A stretch of DNA of 64,000 bases from Massalongia carnosa (lineage: Eukaryota): contig OZ287087.1 of the NCBI GenBank assembly GCA_965645245.1, positions 868,001-932,000 on the forward strand. Direction: 5' to 3'. The translations under genes and the position numbers were made by a program. Below are positions 44,574 to 57,300 of the stretch, piece by piece (position 1 is the first letter of the stretch; every line of letters starts with the position of its first letter). The notes below the pieces were generated by a model that did not search any database, was not told where the DNA came from, and saw only the letters and a list, made by a program, of their open reading frames with translations.

Positions 44574-47500
44574 TGTTAAAACGGGCAACCGATGCCAAAT
44601 ACCGAAACTAGCTGACAAAGCAATTTGCATCTACCTCGGCAAGGAATGGCCTGTGGCGGTGGCAAATTTGCATGGAGTCAGAAATCGCATCGGAAGAAAC
44701 AGCCGGTGAGATGGGAATGGAGGCTTCTGGAATGACTGGTGGACGGGGCATAAATAGGAGCAGTTTTACTCTACGTAGTGGTAGATAGTCAATCGTTTCT
44801 CCCAGTTTGTTTTGCATGTGCAAGAACTCGTTTGTCGAACTAGTCATATCAATTGCCCAGTGCTACCATTCCGCCTGTTGCAGTCACAGTTCCAACAGGT
44901 TATGGGCCCGGTCAGCTAGACTGAGTGATTGATTTGTTCCACCAAACCCCCACCCCAGAAACGATTCCGATGGAGTCCACCCCAGAGAGCACCACTGGGG
45001 GCCGTGAAGGTCGGGCGACCGAGTCGCCGTTCACTACCATCGAAAGGGAGGGCGGCAGGTCGATGTCGCCCGGTGGTGTCAGAAATAGGCAACCACCTCA
45101 GGTGTTGGATAACACCTACCTGAAGGGTCTCTTGAAGGGAGACATAAAAGTTACCAAGCTGAACAGGGACAACTATCAATCTTGGGCCAGGAACATGAGA
45201 ATATCCCTCGACGCCAAGCTGCTATGGGACCTGGTGAAGGGGACCATACCAGAACCTGATGTAAGGATCAGACCGAACGACCACCGGGCATGGTGGATCG
45301 ACAACAACCACGCCAAGATGTGGATCAACAACAACTTGGAAGAAGATCAACAGACACACTGCAGTGAGGAGGAGAGATACGCCCACAATATCTGGATGAC
45401 GTTATACAAAGTACACGGGGTGGATAGTCAGGGTCGAATGATGATGCTGAAAAGAAAATTTTACACGTACAAGGCCAGAACGGATGAGACCATTGACGAA
45501 ATAGCTAGCGAACTAACCCGAATCCGGTTACTTATTCGGAACATTCGATCATCCGAGGCACCTAGTGATTTTGATGTTGCTATGTGTTTAATGAACGCGG
45601 TCGACCACGAACAGTATGAGTTCGTTAAACTACACCTCGAGGAAGATAACAACCTCACTCTCGAATACGCAAAGCAGCGACTAAGAACGGTCGAGCAAAA
45701 ACTCGTTGATAAGGGACAAAAGGAAATTGCTAACAAGGTTCTCACCACTTTGCATGGTTTGTGTTTTCACTGTCACAAGCCCGGGCATTTCAAGACCGAG
45801 TGCCCTGAATGGCTGAAGACTGACGCTGGAAAATCGTTCAGCAAGAGAAAAGCAAAAGAAGGTAGCAAAGAAGGTGAAGAAGGGACCAAGGCAAATAAGT
45901 CCGAAAACGGCAGCGGAGCACCCCCTCGGAAAAAGCCCGGAAAGACAAAGCATAGGCGGAAGGGAAATGCTCGACAGGCTCAAGAAGAGCAGGAAAATGA
46001 GGCCTCGGAGTCGGAAGATGACGAAGAGATAGGCTTCATGATAAAGGAATGGAACGGGAGGAGTGAAGAAATCCTGAAGACAGAGGTCTCGGAAGAAATC
46101 CTGGAGACAGTGGTCTCGGACGAAAACCTGGAGACGGTGGTCTCGGATAAGGCCAGGAAGGCGGACATCTTCATTAAAACTCCTCGGGGTGACAGAGATT
46201 TGGGCAGGTGGATTATCGACTCAGGAGCGAGTCGGCACATGACGCCCGACAGGAAACTGTTCACCAAGTTCCGGAATATGCTAACCAGTGTCACCATTGC
46301 AGATGGGACAAAGCTATCGTCGCCCGGAAGGGGTGACATCAGTGTGGACCTTGGAGGAAAGAAGGTCCGGATGGAAAATGTTCTGTGGGTACCTCGGCTT
46401 GATTCGAATTTGCTGTCCATAAAGGCTCTGAATCGGAAAGGGCTCAGCATTCTTTTCCGCCCAGAGGGGGTGGAAATCACCAGAGACGGTACCTCGGTCG
46501 CCACCGGTTTCTTTAAGGGCAACATGTTTCTACTCCGAAACTCGGAAGTTGCATTGGAAACTGGAGTGCAGGAAGACCAGGAAGAACAGAAAGAACAGGA
46601 AGAACAGGAAGTTCCGCAGGAAGTCCAGACAAGGGAATTGGTCGGGACTCAGCGAAGCGAGCCAAGGGCAGGGCCAAGTAAGTCGAAGTCAGAACAGGGC
46701 AAAATAAGCGCATATTTACTCTGGCACTCTCGACTGGGGCACGTCAGCGCTCGAAGAATTCAACTTTTGTCCAAGAAAATTCCGGAAGCAGGGAAAGCAA
46801 TAGACATTGAAGGCACCCCTTTATCATTTTTTGACAAGGTGGAGTGCTCAGTCTGTAATTATACTAAGATGACTAGGGCCGTTTACCGCGTACCCCCTCG
46901 CCGAGTTGATAGGAAACTAGGGAGGGCATATAGCGATGTCTGGGGGCCATATCGAATAACTAGCCTAAATGGCTACCGATACTTCATCAATTTTGTGGAC
47001 GAGTTCACCAGGAAATCGTGGTTGGAGCTCATGAAAAGTCGAAAGGAAGTTCAGGGAAAAGTACTAGAGTGGAAGAAGGTGGCAGAAGTGGATTCAGGTG
47101 AAACTCTCGCCAAGCTACGAACTGACAATGCAAAGGAGTTCGAGCACATGGCGAATAACCTCAGAAAGGAAGGGGTCGTTATGGAATTTACTACCCCACA
47201 CACACCGGAAGAAAACGGCATGGCCGAACGATTAAATCGAACCATCATTCAGATGGCTCGAGCTATGCTACATTGGGCCGAACTACCGAAGACCTTTTGG
47301 GGGGAAGCAGCTAAGACAGCAAACTACCTCCGAAACGTGCTTCCATTGGCCAATAATCAGCCTTCACCAGATGAACAATGGTATGGTTATGCACCTGTCA
47401 TCGACCACATTCGAACCTTTGGGTGTTTAGTGCATGCGCACGTACCAAGTGCCAGCAGAGCTAAACTAGATCGGGTATCGTTCCAGGGGATTTTCGTTGG

Positions 47501-50061
47501 CTACCATTCGCATCACCAATTTAGGATTTATAATCCAAAGTCTCGACGAATCGGATGGCACACCTCAGTAAAATTTCTAGAAGACACACCTGGAGGCACC
47601 CTTCTAAAACCACCTACTAAGCCCGAGCAGTGGGAGTCTGACCAGGAAAACCAGAGTGATGATGATTCAGACGACTCCGACCAGAACGAGTCTAGCCAAT
47701 CACATCACAGTCCCTCATCTGGCCCTACAGGAAGAATAACACATGGACAATCTCTCGGAGAAGACGTTCCCGAAGCAGTGGGAGACAGAGAAGTTGTTCC
47801 CCTAACTGACCCAAACAACTCTGACAAAGGAGCAGACGTGCTCCCAAATACACCAAAAATTGGTACGGTTCGGAGCAGCGACGCTCCAAAATCAAAAAGG
47901 CAAGGGAAAACTCTGGTTCAAAAATCCAAACCGAAAGGGAGGGAAATTGAACAACCAATTAGACGTAGCACGCGGACAACTAAACCATATGATCGATACG
48001 CTTTTGACAATGAACAGGGCCGTTCAGCAATCAATAACCTTCGGAGAATACCTGAACCCAGAACATTTCAAGAGGCCATTCACTGCCAATACAAACGCTG
48101 GTGGATAATATCGATCAAAGATGAACTCCATGCGCTGATAGCAAATGGCACATGGATAATTGTCCGATTACCACCCGACCGAAGGGCAATCACCTCCAAA
48201 TGGGTGTTCAAGGTAAAATATACCCCCACTGGCCTAGTCGATCGATTTAAAGCAAGACTAGTCGCCCGAGGATTCACTCAGAAGTATGGGTTTGACTATG
48301 AAGAGACTTTTTCACCCACACTGAGGATGGAGTCACTCCGGATGCTACTCTCATTGGCTATTCGTTTCGGTTTATATGTTGAACAGATGGATGTACCAAA
48401 CGCCTACCTTCGAGGTGACCTAGACGAGGAGGTCTACATGGAAATCCCTGAGGGGCTAGACCTGCCCCCCAACACTCCAAAAGGTATGGTGTTACGTCTT
48501 CTGAAAGGACTCTATGGCCTAAAACAATCTGGTCGTATCTGGAACAAGAAGATAAAGGCTTTCTTGATTTCGATCGGATTCATCCAATTAACAGCCGACA
48601 ATTGTGTCTACATTAACCATTCGACAAAGGTCATAATATCATTGTATGTCGACGACCTACTGATTTTTTCGAGGACAATGGCCCCAATCAACTCCGTCAA
48701 GAAACAGCTGCATGAGGAGTACAACATGAAGGACCTAGGCCCAGTCAAACAAATCCTAGGCATTCGGGTCCGAAAGGAGGAAAGCCGATTGGCCCTTGAT
48801 CAAACTCAGTATATCAACAACTTTCTGAAGGAATATTCGATGGACGAGGCACGGACAGTGCAAACTCCAATTGACGGATATGAGGCCCTAACACCCGCTC
48901 GGCCCGAAGAGGAACGGACCAACCAGCTGGACTACCAAAAGCGAATCGGTAGTGCCATGTACGCCATGATTGGAACTAGGCCTGATATAGCCTTTGCCGT
49001 CGGAAAGTTAAGTCAGTTCAGTCATGATCCTACCATTCGACATATGAACGCACTAAATCGGGTGCTCCGATATTTGAAAGGAACCACTGACTTGGCTTTG
49101 ATATATGAGTCTGACAACACTTCTAGCACCCCAGTGTGCTATGCAGACGCGGCCTATGGTGATGATAAGGTGGATAGGAAATCCACCTATGGCACAGTGA
49201 TGATGATGGGAGGTGGGGCGGTCATGTGGACCAGTAAAAAACAACGAACCACATCAACCTCCACCACCGAGGCTGAATATGTGGCCTTATGCCATGCGAG
49301 TAAGGACATCGTCTAGGCGACCAGATGGATAAATGAACTCGGATTCAACAATGTCTTAACCGAACCAATGGTGCTGGCCGGAGACAACAAAGGCAGTCAC
49401 GACCTAATCAAAAACCCCGAACATCACAGTCGAACGAAGCACATTGACGTCCAATATCACTATATTCGGGAGGTCGTCGAAGACGGAACTGCTACTATAA
49501 AGTATGTCCCTACCAAGGAGATGGTAGCAGACATCTTTACCAAGCCATTGACCCCAGCAACCTTCAATGACATGCGAGGCCGGTTAGGTCTAAGGGAATG
49601 GTAGGAAGGTAGGCTAGCTTTTCAGCTACCCCGTCTCATTGGATAAAAGGACCAATGGACATGCACCATGGAGGTTTCATATGTCACCACTTTCTTTTAC
49701 TTAAAAGGGAGTCCATCAGCTACTTTCGGAGTGGGAGTGTTAAAACGGGCAACCGATGCCAAATACCGAAACTAGCTGACAAAGCAATTTGCATCTACCT
49801 CGGCAAGGAATGGCCTGTGGCGGTGGCAAATTTGCATGGAGTCAGAAATCGCATCGGAAGAAACAGCCGGTGAGATGGGAATGGAGGCTTCTGGAATGAC
49901 TGGTGGACGGGGCATAAATAGGAGCAGTTTTACCCTACGTAGTGGTAGATAGTCAATCGTTTCTCCCAGTTTGTTTTGCATGTGCAAGAACTCGTTTGTC
50001 GAACTAGTCATATCAATTGCCCAGTGCTACCATTCCGCCTGTTGCAGTCACAGTTCCAACA
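44574..50061 (+). mobile_element. Ty1/Copia LTR retrotransposon, young and full length
   Basis: 324-bp LTRs 44574-44897 and 49738-50061 (one mismatch seen), TSD GTACT, PBS GGTTATGGGCCC 44898-44909, PPT GGAGTGGGAG. Confidence 0.97.
44970..49604 (+). pseudogene. Copia gag-pol polyprotein with one premature stop (49314-49316) in RNase H
   Basis: CCHC, WIIDSGAS, LWHSRLGH, RTDNAKE, FKARLVARG, LYVDD, TEAEY, TKHIDV; IV*A from TGG>TAG. Confidence 0.93.
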
Positions 50062-51118
50062 GTACTCCGAGGCGTCAGAGAGCGCGTCGGAACCGAATAT
50101 GAGTGTGAGATAGTCGTCATCGGCAACATAATTCCACAGCCTGGCTTTGGTTCCAATGGTGGTCATGGCCTTGATTGATCTCATGCGATAGGTTACGAGG
50201 TACGTTGCACATGCATCGAGAGCCTGATGCTCAACGTCATCGATGTCGCCAATGGTCGCGTTCTTCTTCTTCGTTCCGATAAATACAAGGACTGAGGGTT
50301 CGGGGCGACCAAGGTCCTTGATAACGAGATCGACTCGACGTCTCGAATCCTCCGCTGACGGTGGCTCCTCGGCGCTGACGAGGAACTGTTTCTCGGCAAA
50401 CAGATACTTGCCAAGTAGTTGCTGCCAGAAGGTTCGTGAAGCCCATTCAGCGTCGGCCTTTTCTTGAGCGTCCTGCCAAAGCCGCAGCAGGAAGTCGTCT
50501 GCTATGAGAGACATTGACTATATCTTAATCAATAATAGTTACAAGAGATCGAATATTGTACACGAGACTAGAACTTTCATTTGATCCCGGCTTTACGTTT
50601 GACGATAAATGTTGACAGACTGACTTGAGTTGCTGTATGATGACAACAAGCGATCGGCTGCGATGATAAACTCCGTGAGTTAACTAAATTGAATAACGTG
50701 TATGTACAGTACATTCATGATATATCCCATCTACAGCTCATCATCGAGAATTCCGGATTTGTAAACGCAATGTTCCGTTTGTTTATAATGAATAGATCGT
50801 AAAGTCTTGATTAACATATCTATACACGTTTAATATAGAAAGACTCTTCTCGAGCCATTTTAGACGTAAGAGGTTTAAACGTAACTCGAGAAAAAAATCA
50901 TCTTTCATTTAAGCCACAAGGGCTCTACGTATTGAGCAGTATTGATTGTATTCAAACATGCAGACATATTCTTCGCAGTTACTAGGTAATTCTTATTGAT
51001 AAAAGTGAAAACCGAGTCACGCGGGTGAAAAAAAAGATGCAACATGGGCCGAGGTTAACCCCTGATCACCCCACCAAAATATCCCATAATCAATAAAATC
51101 ACTACTTTCAACTACATC

Positions 51119-51296
51119 ATGCCTTCTAAACGTGGTACTATTTATTATGATATACCTCTGAAGGCCAAAGTTCAAGGCGCGCATCAATACCTTTCTGCTA
51201 AAGGAATTCCACACGACGTGCGCGATATTTTCAAAGAATCTGGTGTCAGATCAGAAAGAGCAGGATATAAAATGCTGGAAGAGGGAGCATCGTCAC
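51119..51296 (+). pseudogene. N-terminal fragment of a Tc1/mariner-like transposase, cut off by a solo LTR
   Basis: DIPLKAKVQGA..YL..KGIP....DIF...GV resembles fungal Tc1-like transposase N-termini (from memory, not a search). Confidence 0.5.
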
Positions 51297-51744
51297 TGTC
51301 AAGGACTGGGCAGGGGATTGAACTAATGTTCCTAGGAATTGGATTGGGTGATCAAGATGTCTTTATTAATAAGGCTATAGCTAGGTGATGGATTGCTATA
51401 CAAGACGTCGGACAAGGAGTCAACTATCTAATTAACTTGTCCTTTCTTTTATATTTGTCTCGAACCCCTTTGCATGTAGATTCGATCAGTGTTCATCTCC
51501 CCCTATTAGGAGACGTACGGCACGAAAGTTTGACGAGGTGTTTGACGATAAAAGGTGGAGATGAGGTTCTCCTCTCGTTGGTACGCTTTGATGGTGATGG
51601 TACAGATTTGACCTGAAGCCGTTGAGAGGGGTCTAAACTCGATTTAGTTAATGAGATTCTGACTAAGCTGAATAGAGGAACGGGAGCTTAGTCAGATTCA
51701 TCTGCGGGATTGATTCTGGATCGGGTTGGTTCGATTTCATGACA
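51297..51744 (-). repeat. Solo LTR, inverted copy of 27769-28216
   Basis: Reverse-complement match; flanks GTCAC/ATTGT do not match each other. Confidence 0.9.
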
Positions 51745-52885
51745 ATTGTCAAAAACAAAATCGCTACTAGAAAATTGATACTAGGTCAGCTAGATGACGA
51801 AATTATCGAAACGGGAGGTTAGGGAGAGATCGAACGGTAAATCAGGAATTGTGTTTATGCTGAAACATTTACGAACTTTACAAAGACAAACTATAAAATC
51901 GAAAATTCGATTACTATATGTTGTTACTAACACGGAGTAAAATCGGGGCAAAATTAAAGATTCATAGATAGGTTACAAAATGTTAATTTATCTATATTAT
52001 AGAAAAATATCCTAAAATAGTTTAGTATCATAAGATTAGGTTAAAGAAACTTAATAAATAAATTATTAAAAAATCCGATTTTTAAACAATTGTAAAATTG
52101 ACTGCCTTAGGTCCGAATGCTTTTTAGGATTTAACAAATTAACCGCATTTTACAACTCGTTTTCGGTCAAATCCGGCCAATTATCGTAATCTTCGTTGTC
52201 TTGATTCGATAAATTATCGAAATTATCGTCTATAAATGAGTTTTTGTGTAAATTGTTGCCACAAATGCATTACATTTGTCATTAAATGGAACATTTAACT
52301 TGTTCTCATAATGAATCAGTGGTATTTTTTCGAATATGCGAGGTTTGATGTATTTATACGCGGTAAATACCTCTTTATTCATTGCATTTTCTAGAAAAGT
52401 CAACTAAGTTTGTTGTTTTACTTTTCGAATTGAATAAAAATATTCGATCCGACTTTATTTAAACGTTCGATAACTAAAATCGGACGGATAATTCTTCCAT
52501 TCTCGACGATGTCTAGAAATTATTTTTCGAAGTTCGATTGAATCTTTCGACCACAAATTTTTTGATTTTGCATATGTTTTGTTCTTCGGAATAAATAATT
52601 CAGCTGCGTCTTTAATAATGTCTTGCGATAATGTTTAAACTGTGCTGTACCTCGGGATTGCGACTTATCCGAAAATGATCAACACACTCGCACAAAACCG
52701 CGAAAAACGCAAGAAGGAGCAGGCGGAGAAGATAAAGCTCTTAGGAGCAAAGATAGATGAGTACTTAAAGCCCGGTAACAGCCTAGGAGACCCGGTGGCG
52801 CAAACTCTGTTGAAGGAGGTTAAAGCCACGTTGCAAGCCCAGCTTCATATTAATTCGGAAAACGAAGATACCCTCACGGTAGCAT

Positions 52886-53070
52886 TGTCCCTACGTGTTG
52901 GATATCAACCTATGGCGCTAGACATTATTATGGTCACGTGTAACAGTAGACCTATTCCGGTATGCGGCACGCATCCTGGACTTGGATGATTTTAGACTTT
53001 AGAATGACAGAGTGATAGAATCATTAATATAACAACAATGAATAACCTCATACTTCTACACTACGGGACA
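52886..53070. repeat. 185-bp TG...CA insertion in LINE ORF1
   Basis: TGTCCCTACGTG...CACTACGGGACA imperfect terminal inverted repeat; no TSD. Confidence 0.6.
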
Positions 53071-56000
53071 TAAGAAACGCACTTTATCGCATGGAATGTA
53101 CCAAAAAGAATAACGAGCCCCCTACAAGCTACGCCGCCGCGGCCACTCCGCTGGCGCCCCAGAACCAGGCCGGGCAAAGCCCGACGTACAATCTTAAGCA
53201 CCCCAAACCCCAAAAAACTAAAGAGCCATCCCCCAGCGAGGCCAATAGGGCCCGGCAGATCACACTACCAGTCACGATCGAGGCCGATCGAGAACGAGTG
53301 AGACAGATGCCCACTCAGGAGTTGGTGGAATCGCTGCAGAAAAACGTCGAAGGGATAGTGGGAATATCGCGACTTATAAGCGGAGACATACGAATTCACG
53401 CAGAATCAGCAGAGGTCAAGAAGACCATACATGAAAACACTGAATGGATCACCGCGATTGCGGCGTCTGCTACAGTCCAACGCCGCACCTATGCAGTACG
53501 AGCTAGCGGAGTAAAGATGGCACATATCGATGCCACCAATCAAAATCAAACCATACGATACCTGCAGGCAGCTAACGTACGATTACACTCAGGCCTAAAA
53601 ATCACGAGAATCGCCTGGTCGTTCAGGGCCATCAAAGAAAATAAGACATACTCGTCGCTGCATGTAGAAGTAGAGACTCCAGCTATGGCGAACCGCCTCA
53701 TCACCGAGGGCTTCCTCGTCGATCATGAGATTAAGAATTGCGAAAATTTATAAAAAGTTGCAAACTAACGCAGTGCTTCAACTGCTATAAGTATGGACAC
53801 ATAGGAAAACGCTACCGCAACCCAACGGCGTGCGGGCTCTGCGCCGGCGGGCACTCGACCAACGAATGCAACCCAGAAACAACAGGTAAACACAAAAGGT
53901 ACGCATGCTGCGAGGAGAGAGGCCACGTAGCGTGGGCCCCAACATGCAAACTCAGATTACTAGAAATGAGCAAGATAGAGAAGGCCAGGAAAAGCTCACC
54001 CCAGCTCTTCGTCACGGGCGACCCGATCGTAGCACTGTCAGTCATCTTCTCGTCTCAAACCTCAACGGATAAGGAATGCAGCGCAACACCAGGGGTGGCA
54101 ACGGAGAGACCCGTCAACGGTGCCTGGAAGGTCGTCACTAGCAAGAAAAGGAAAACCGCCCCAGCGGGTTCCCAAGAAGTCTCCTCGGCAGGTCCCAGCC
54201 GCGTAGCCGGCATGTCATGGAAGGACACGGAGATCATGAAACCTATGAACATGCAAAGAGCGATGGCAAAGCCCACTCCTGGCAGACCACCAAACAGACC
54301 AACCGCAGCAACACCCGCCCCGTCCCGCACGGATCCTCCCCCCCCCCCCCCCCCGGCGACCCTTGAAACATCTCCCTCCCCCGCCGACCCAGAATCGGAC
54401 CACCCCAACGCCCCGGCAACGGACGTAAATGAAGAAGGAGATTTATGAAGGACACAAACTCCATTAACATACTACAGTACAACGTCAGAAATGATCGAGT
54501 AAGCACAATGATTCCACTTTTGGCAGATTTAAACACGCAGGACTACGATGTTATAGCAATACAGGAACCGTGGCGGAGCACGCACGCTCCCACATTGCTC
54601 AGCTCACATCAAAGCGGATTTCACCTTATGTATCGTCCCGGCGGTGACACACGCGTATGTTTTTACGTTAACGAGAAAATAGACCCGGAAAGCTGGGAAG
54701 TAGAATTCCCTACCGCTGATCTATGCACGTTGAAATTGAACGTGTATACCGATAGGGTCACGAAAGTGCTGCACATTCATAACATGTACAACCCGTCCCC
54801 GTCTTCTTATTCATCCACAGACAGCCCGTCCACACTCCCCGTCGTACACCAGCAGCTTGCCGCAGACGCACAGCACGGTCTTCTCGGCGACTTCAATCTT
54901 CACCACCCCTTTTGGAATGGAATCACCAGGCCAACACAACACGCAGCCGCAGATCAGTTATTGAATATAGTAGAAGAATTTGGCCTCTCAATGACGCTGC
55001 CCAAAGGAACCGTCACGTGAGAGGCCCGGAACTCTTTTAGCACTATAGATCTAGTATTCATGTCCGAATTTCTGGCGGAAAGACTGGAACACTGCATGTC
55101 AAGACCGGAAATGAATCAATCCTCTGATCACATTCCGATATCCACTCGCATTCTTCTCGGGAGTGAACAGCTAACGAATGTAAAGCGCAGAGCATGGAAG
55201 CTGCTGAACATAGAGAAATTAAAGGACGCTGAAAGCAACGCCCCGCCCGTAACCCACCCCCGCTCAACCGCAGAAATATACCAGTACGCTTAGACAATTC
55301 AAGAATTCCTGCAGAAAATCATAACCGCCTCCGTCCCCTGGGCCAGACCCAGCGAATATGCGAAACCCTTTTGGAACGAAGAATGCAACCGCGCCACCCG
55401 CGAGACTCGCAAATTGCGCCGCTTCTGGTCGTCATCGCGCCACTTAGACGACTGGAAGGCATATATGAAGTCCAACGACAAGAAGCAAACGATAATCCAA
55501 AAAGTAAAAACGCTCTTATTTCGTAAAGAGATAAGCAAAGCCACCGAGTCGCCGTTGGGCATATGGAAGCTAGCAAGATGGGCAAAAGACAAGAGTCAGA
55601 AGCCCCGCGAGATACCGAAAAATGCCGCCATTGAGGCACGAAGGGCAAACAGCGGAGACGTTCGAAGAAAAAGCGGAAATGCTGAAAGCCAAATTCTTTC
55701 CCCCCCGCCGGCCGACTTAAGTGACATATCTGGGTCGTTCTACCCCGCCGCCGCGGATTGCCCTATGAAAATCACAAATGACGAAGTGATCGCAAACGTA
55801 CAACGTCTTAAGTCCGACAATGCTCCGGGCCCTGACGGGATCACCAACAGAATTCTCAAGGCATGCTCCACAAAGCTAGCAGAGCTGCTAACCCCTTTAT
55901 TTCATGCTTGCGTCACGCATGCGTATCATCCCCGCGAGTTCAAAAAGCAAACACGATCGCGCTCAAAAAACCGGGAAAGAAAGACAATACCAGTACAAAG

Positions 56001-57300
56001 GCATACAGACCCATAGCTTTACTGAACACAATAGGTAAGGTATTAGAAGTAGTCATCGCAAGGAATATCACTCATATAGCGGAACAGCACCGGCTACTGC
56101 CGGACACACAAATGGGTGCTCGGCGTGGCCTATCTGCCGAGTCTGCGCTCGAACTCCTCACCGAATAGGTACACACTGTATGGGGATAAGGCAGCAACAA
56201 GGTGGCAACTCTCCTCAGCATGGATTTAGCAGGCGCATTCGACACAGTATCTCATCGCAGGCTAATACATAATCTGCGAAAAAGGAAAATCCCGAAATGG
56301 ATCACAGACTGGACGGCAAGCTTTCTAATGGAAAGAAGAACCACGCTAGCGATAAACGGGCGAGTAACCGAGGAGTTCGCGGTGCGCACGGGCATTCCTC
56401 AAGGCTCACCCATTTCCCCTATTCTCTATCTGTTCTACAATGCGGACCTTTTAGAGATATGCGAGAGACCCGGCACAAACACGAGCGCGCTAGGATTTGT
56501 AAACGACGTAAATGTTTTGGCATACGGCAAGAGCACGGAAGAAAACTGCAGAACCCTCGAAAGAATTCACAGAAAATGCGAACTATGGGCGGCACGCCAC
56601 GGGTCCGTATTTGCACCGGATAAGTATAAGCTCATTTATTTGTCCAGAAATCCAAAGAAATTCGACATGTCGGCTACTTTTCAAAAAGAAAACAACCTAA
56701 TAGAACCGAAAACGGACATACGAATTCTGGGCATCCATGTCATGAAATGCCTCCGACCTCACCACGTGCCTCTATCACGTGCCTTGATCTGATGACTACT
56801 CACGGACGTCGTGCCATGCCTTCGGGACCCTCATATCATTCTTCGAATTCGCCGATTACTGATCATTAATCAGCCTCGCATTGATGATTTATTCCCGTCT
56901 TTCGACTATTATCATGTCTAATAGCTTCGCATTGATGTTTGACATCTCCCGTCTCCTCGCTGACCCCATCGTGCTTATTGCCGCTATAATGCCCCTCATT
57001 CATCATCGCACTGACTAGACATCATTCGCCGTCACCCTAGAAAGATGAATATGGGAGGACAAAGATATAAGAAAGAAGTCGAATCATGGAAGTTCTGATT
57101 CTTTGTCGAACGTCTTGAATAGCCAACCTAGCCTAGCCTAGATTCATAGCTATAGACTCAATCAATAAGCTTGACCATCAACCCACCTTGCCTTTGCCCT
57201 TGCCCTCGACCTGATTTCGTGACATTACGTTCGACCAAGATTCAAAAGTGCCTTCCATAGCATTTTCCCTCATCTCCCTTTATCTCATTCCCCCTCAATC

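Larger units (their letters stand above)
44497..50514 (-). pseudogene. Small fungal gene with PD-(D/E)xK-like motif, split by the Copia insertion
   Basis: 50514-50062 joins 44568-44497 in frame: SDASEY|IEAHSAGATILRKALEDIKTLST*; RRVDLVI...VFIGTKK. Confidence 0.7.

Noticed and set aside
44608..44847. Identical 79-aa ORFs at 44608 and 49772 as duplicated genes
   Set aside because: They are antisense frames within the two Copia LTRs.
52400..52680. HDV-like ribozyme at the 5' end of the second long LINE
   Set aside because: ORF1 abuts AT-rich relic DNA, the element looks 5'-truncated, and no P1/P3 pattern was found.
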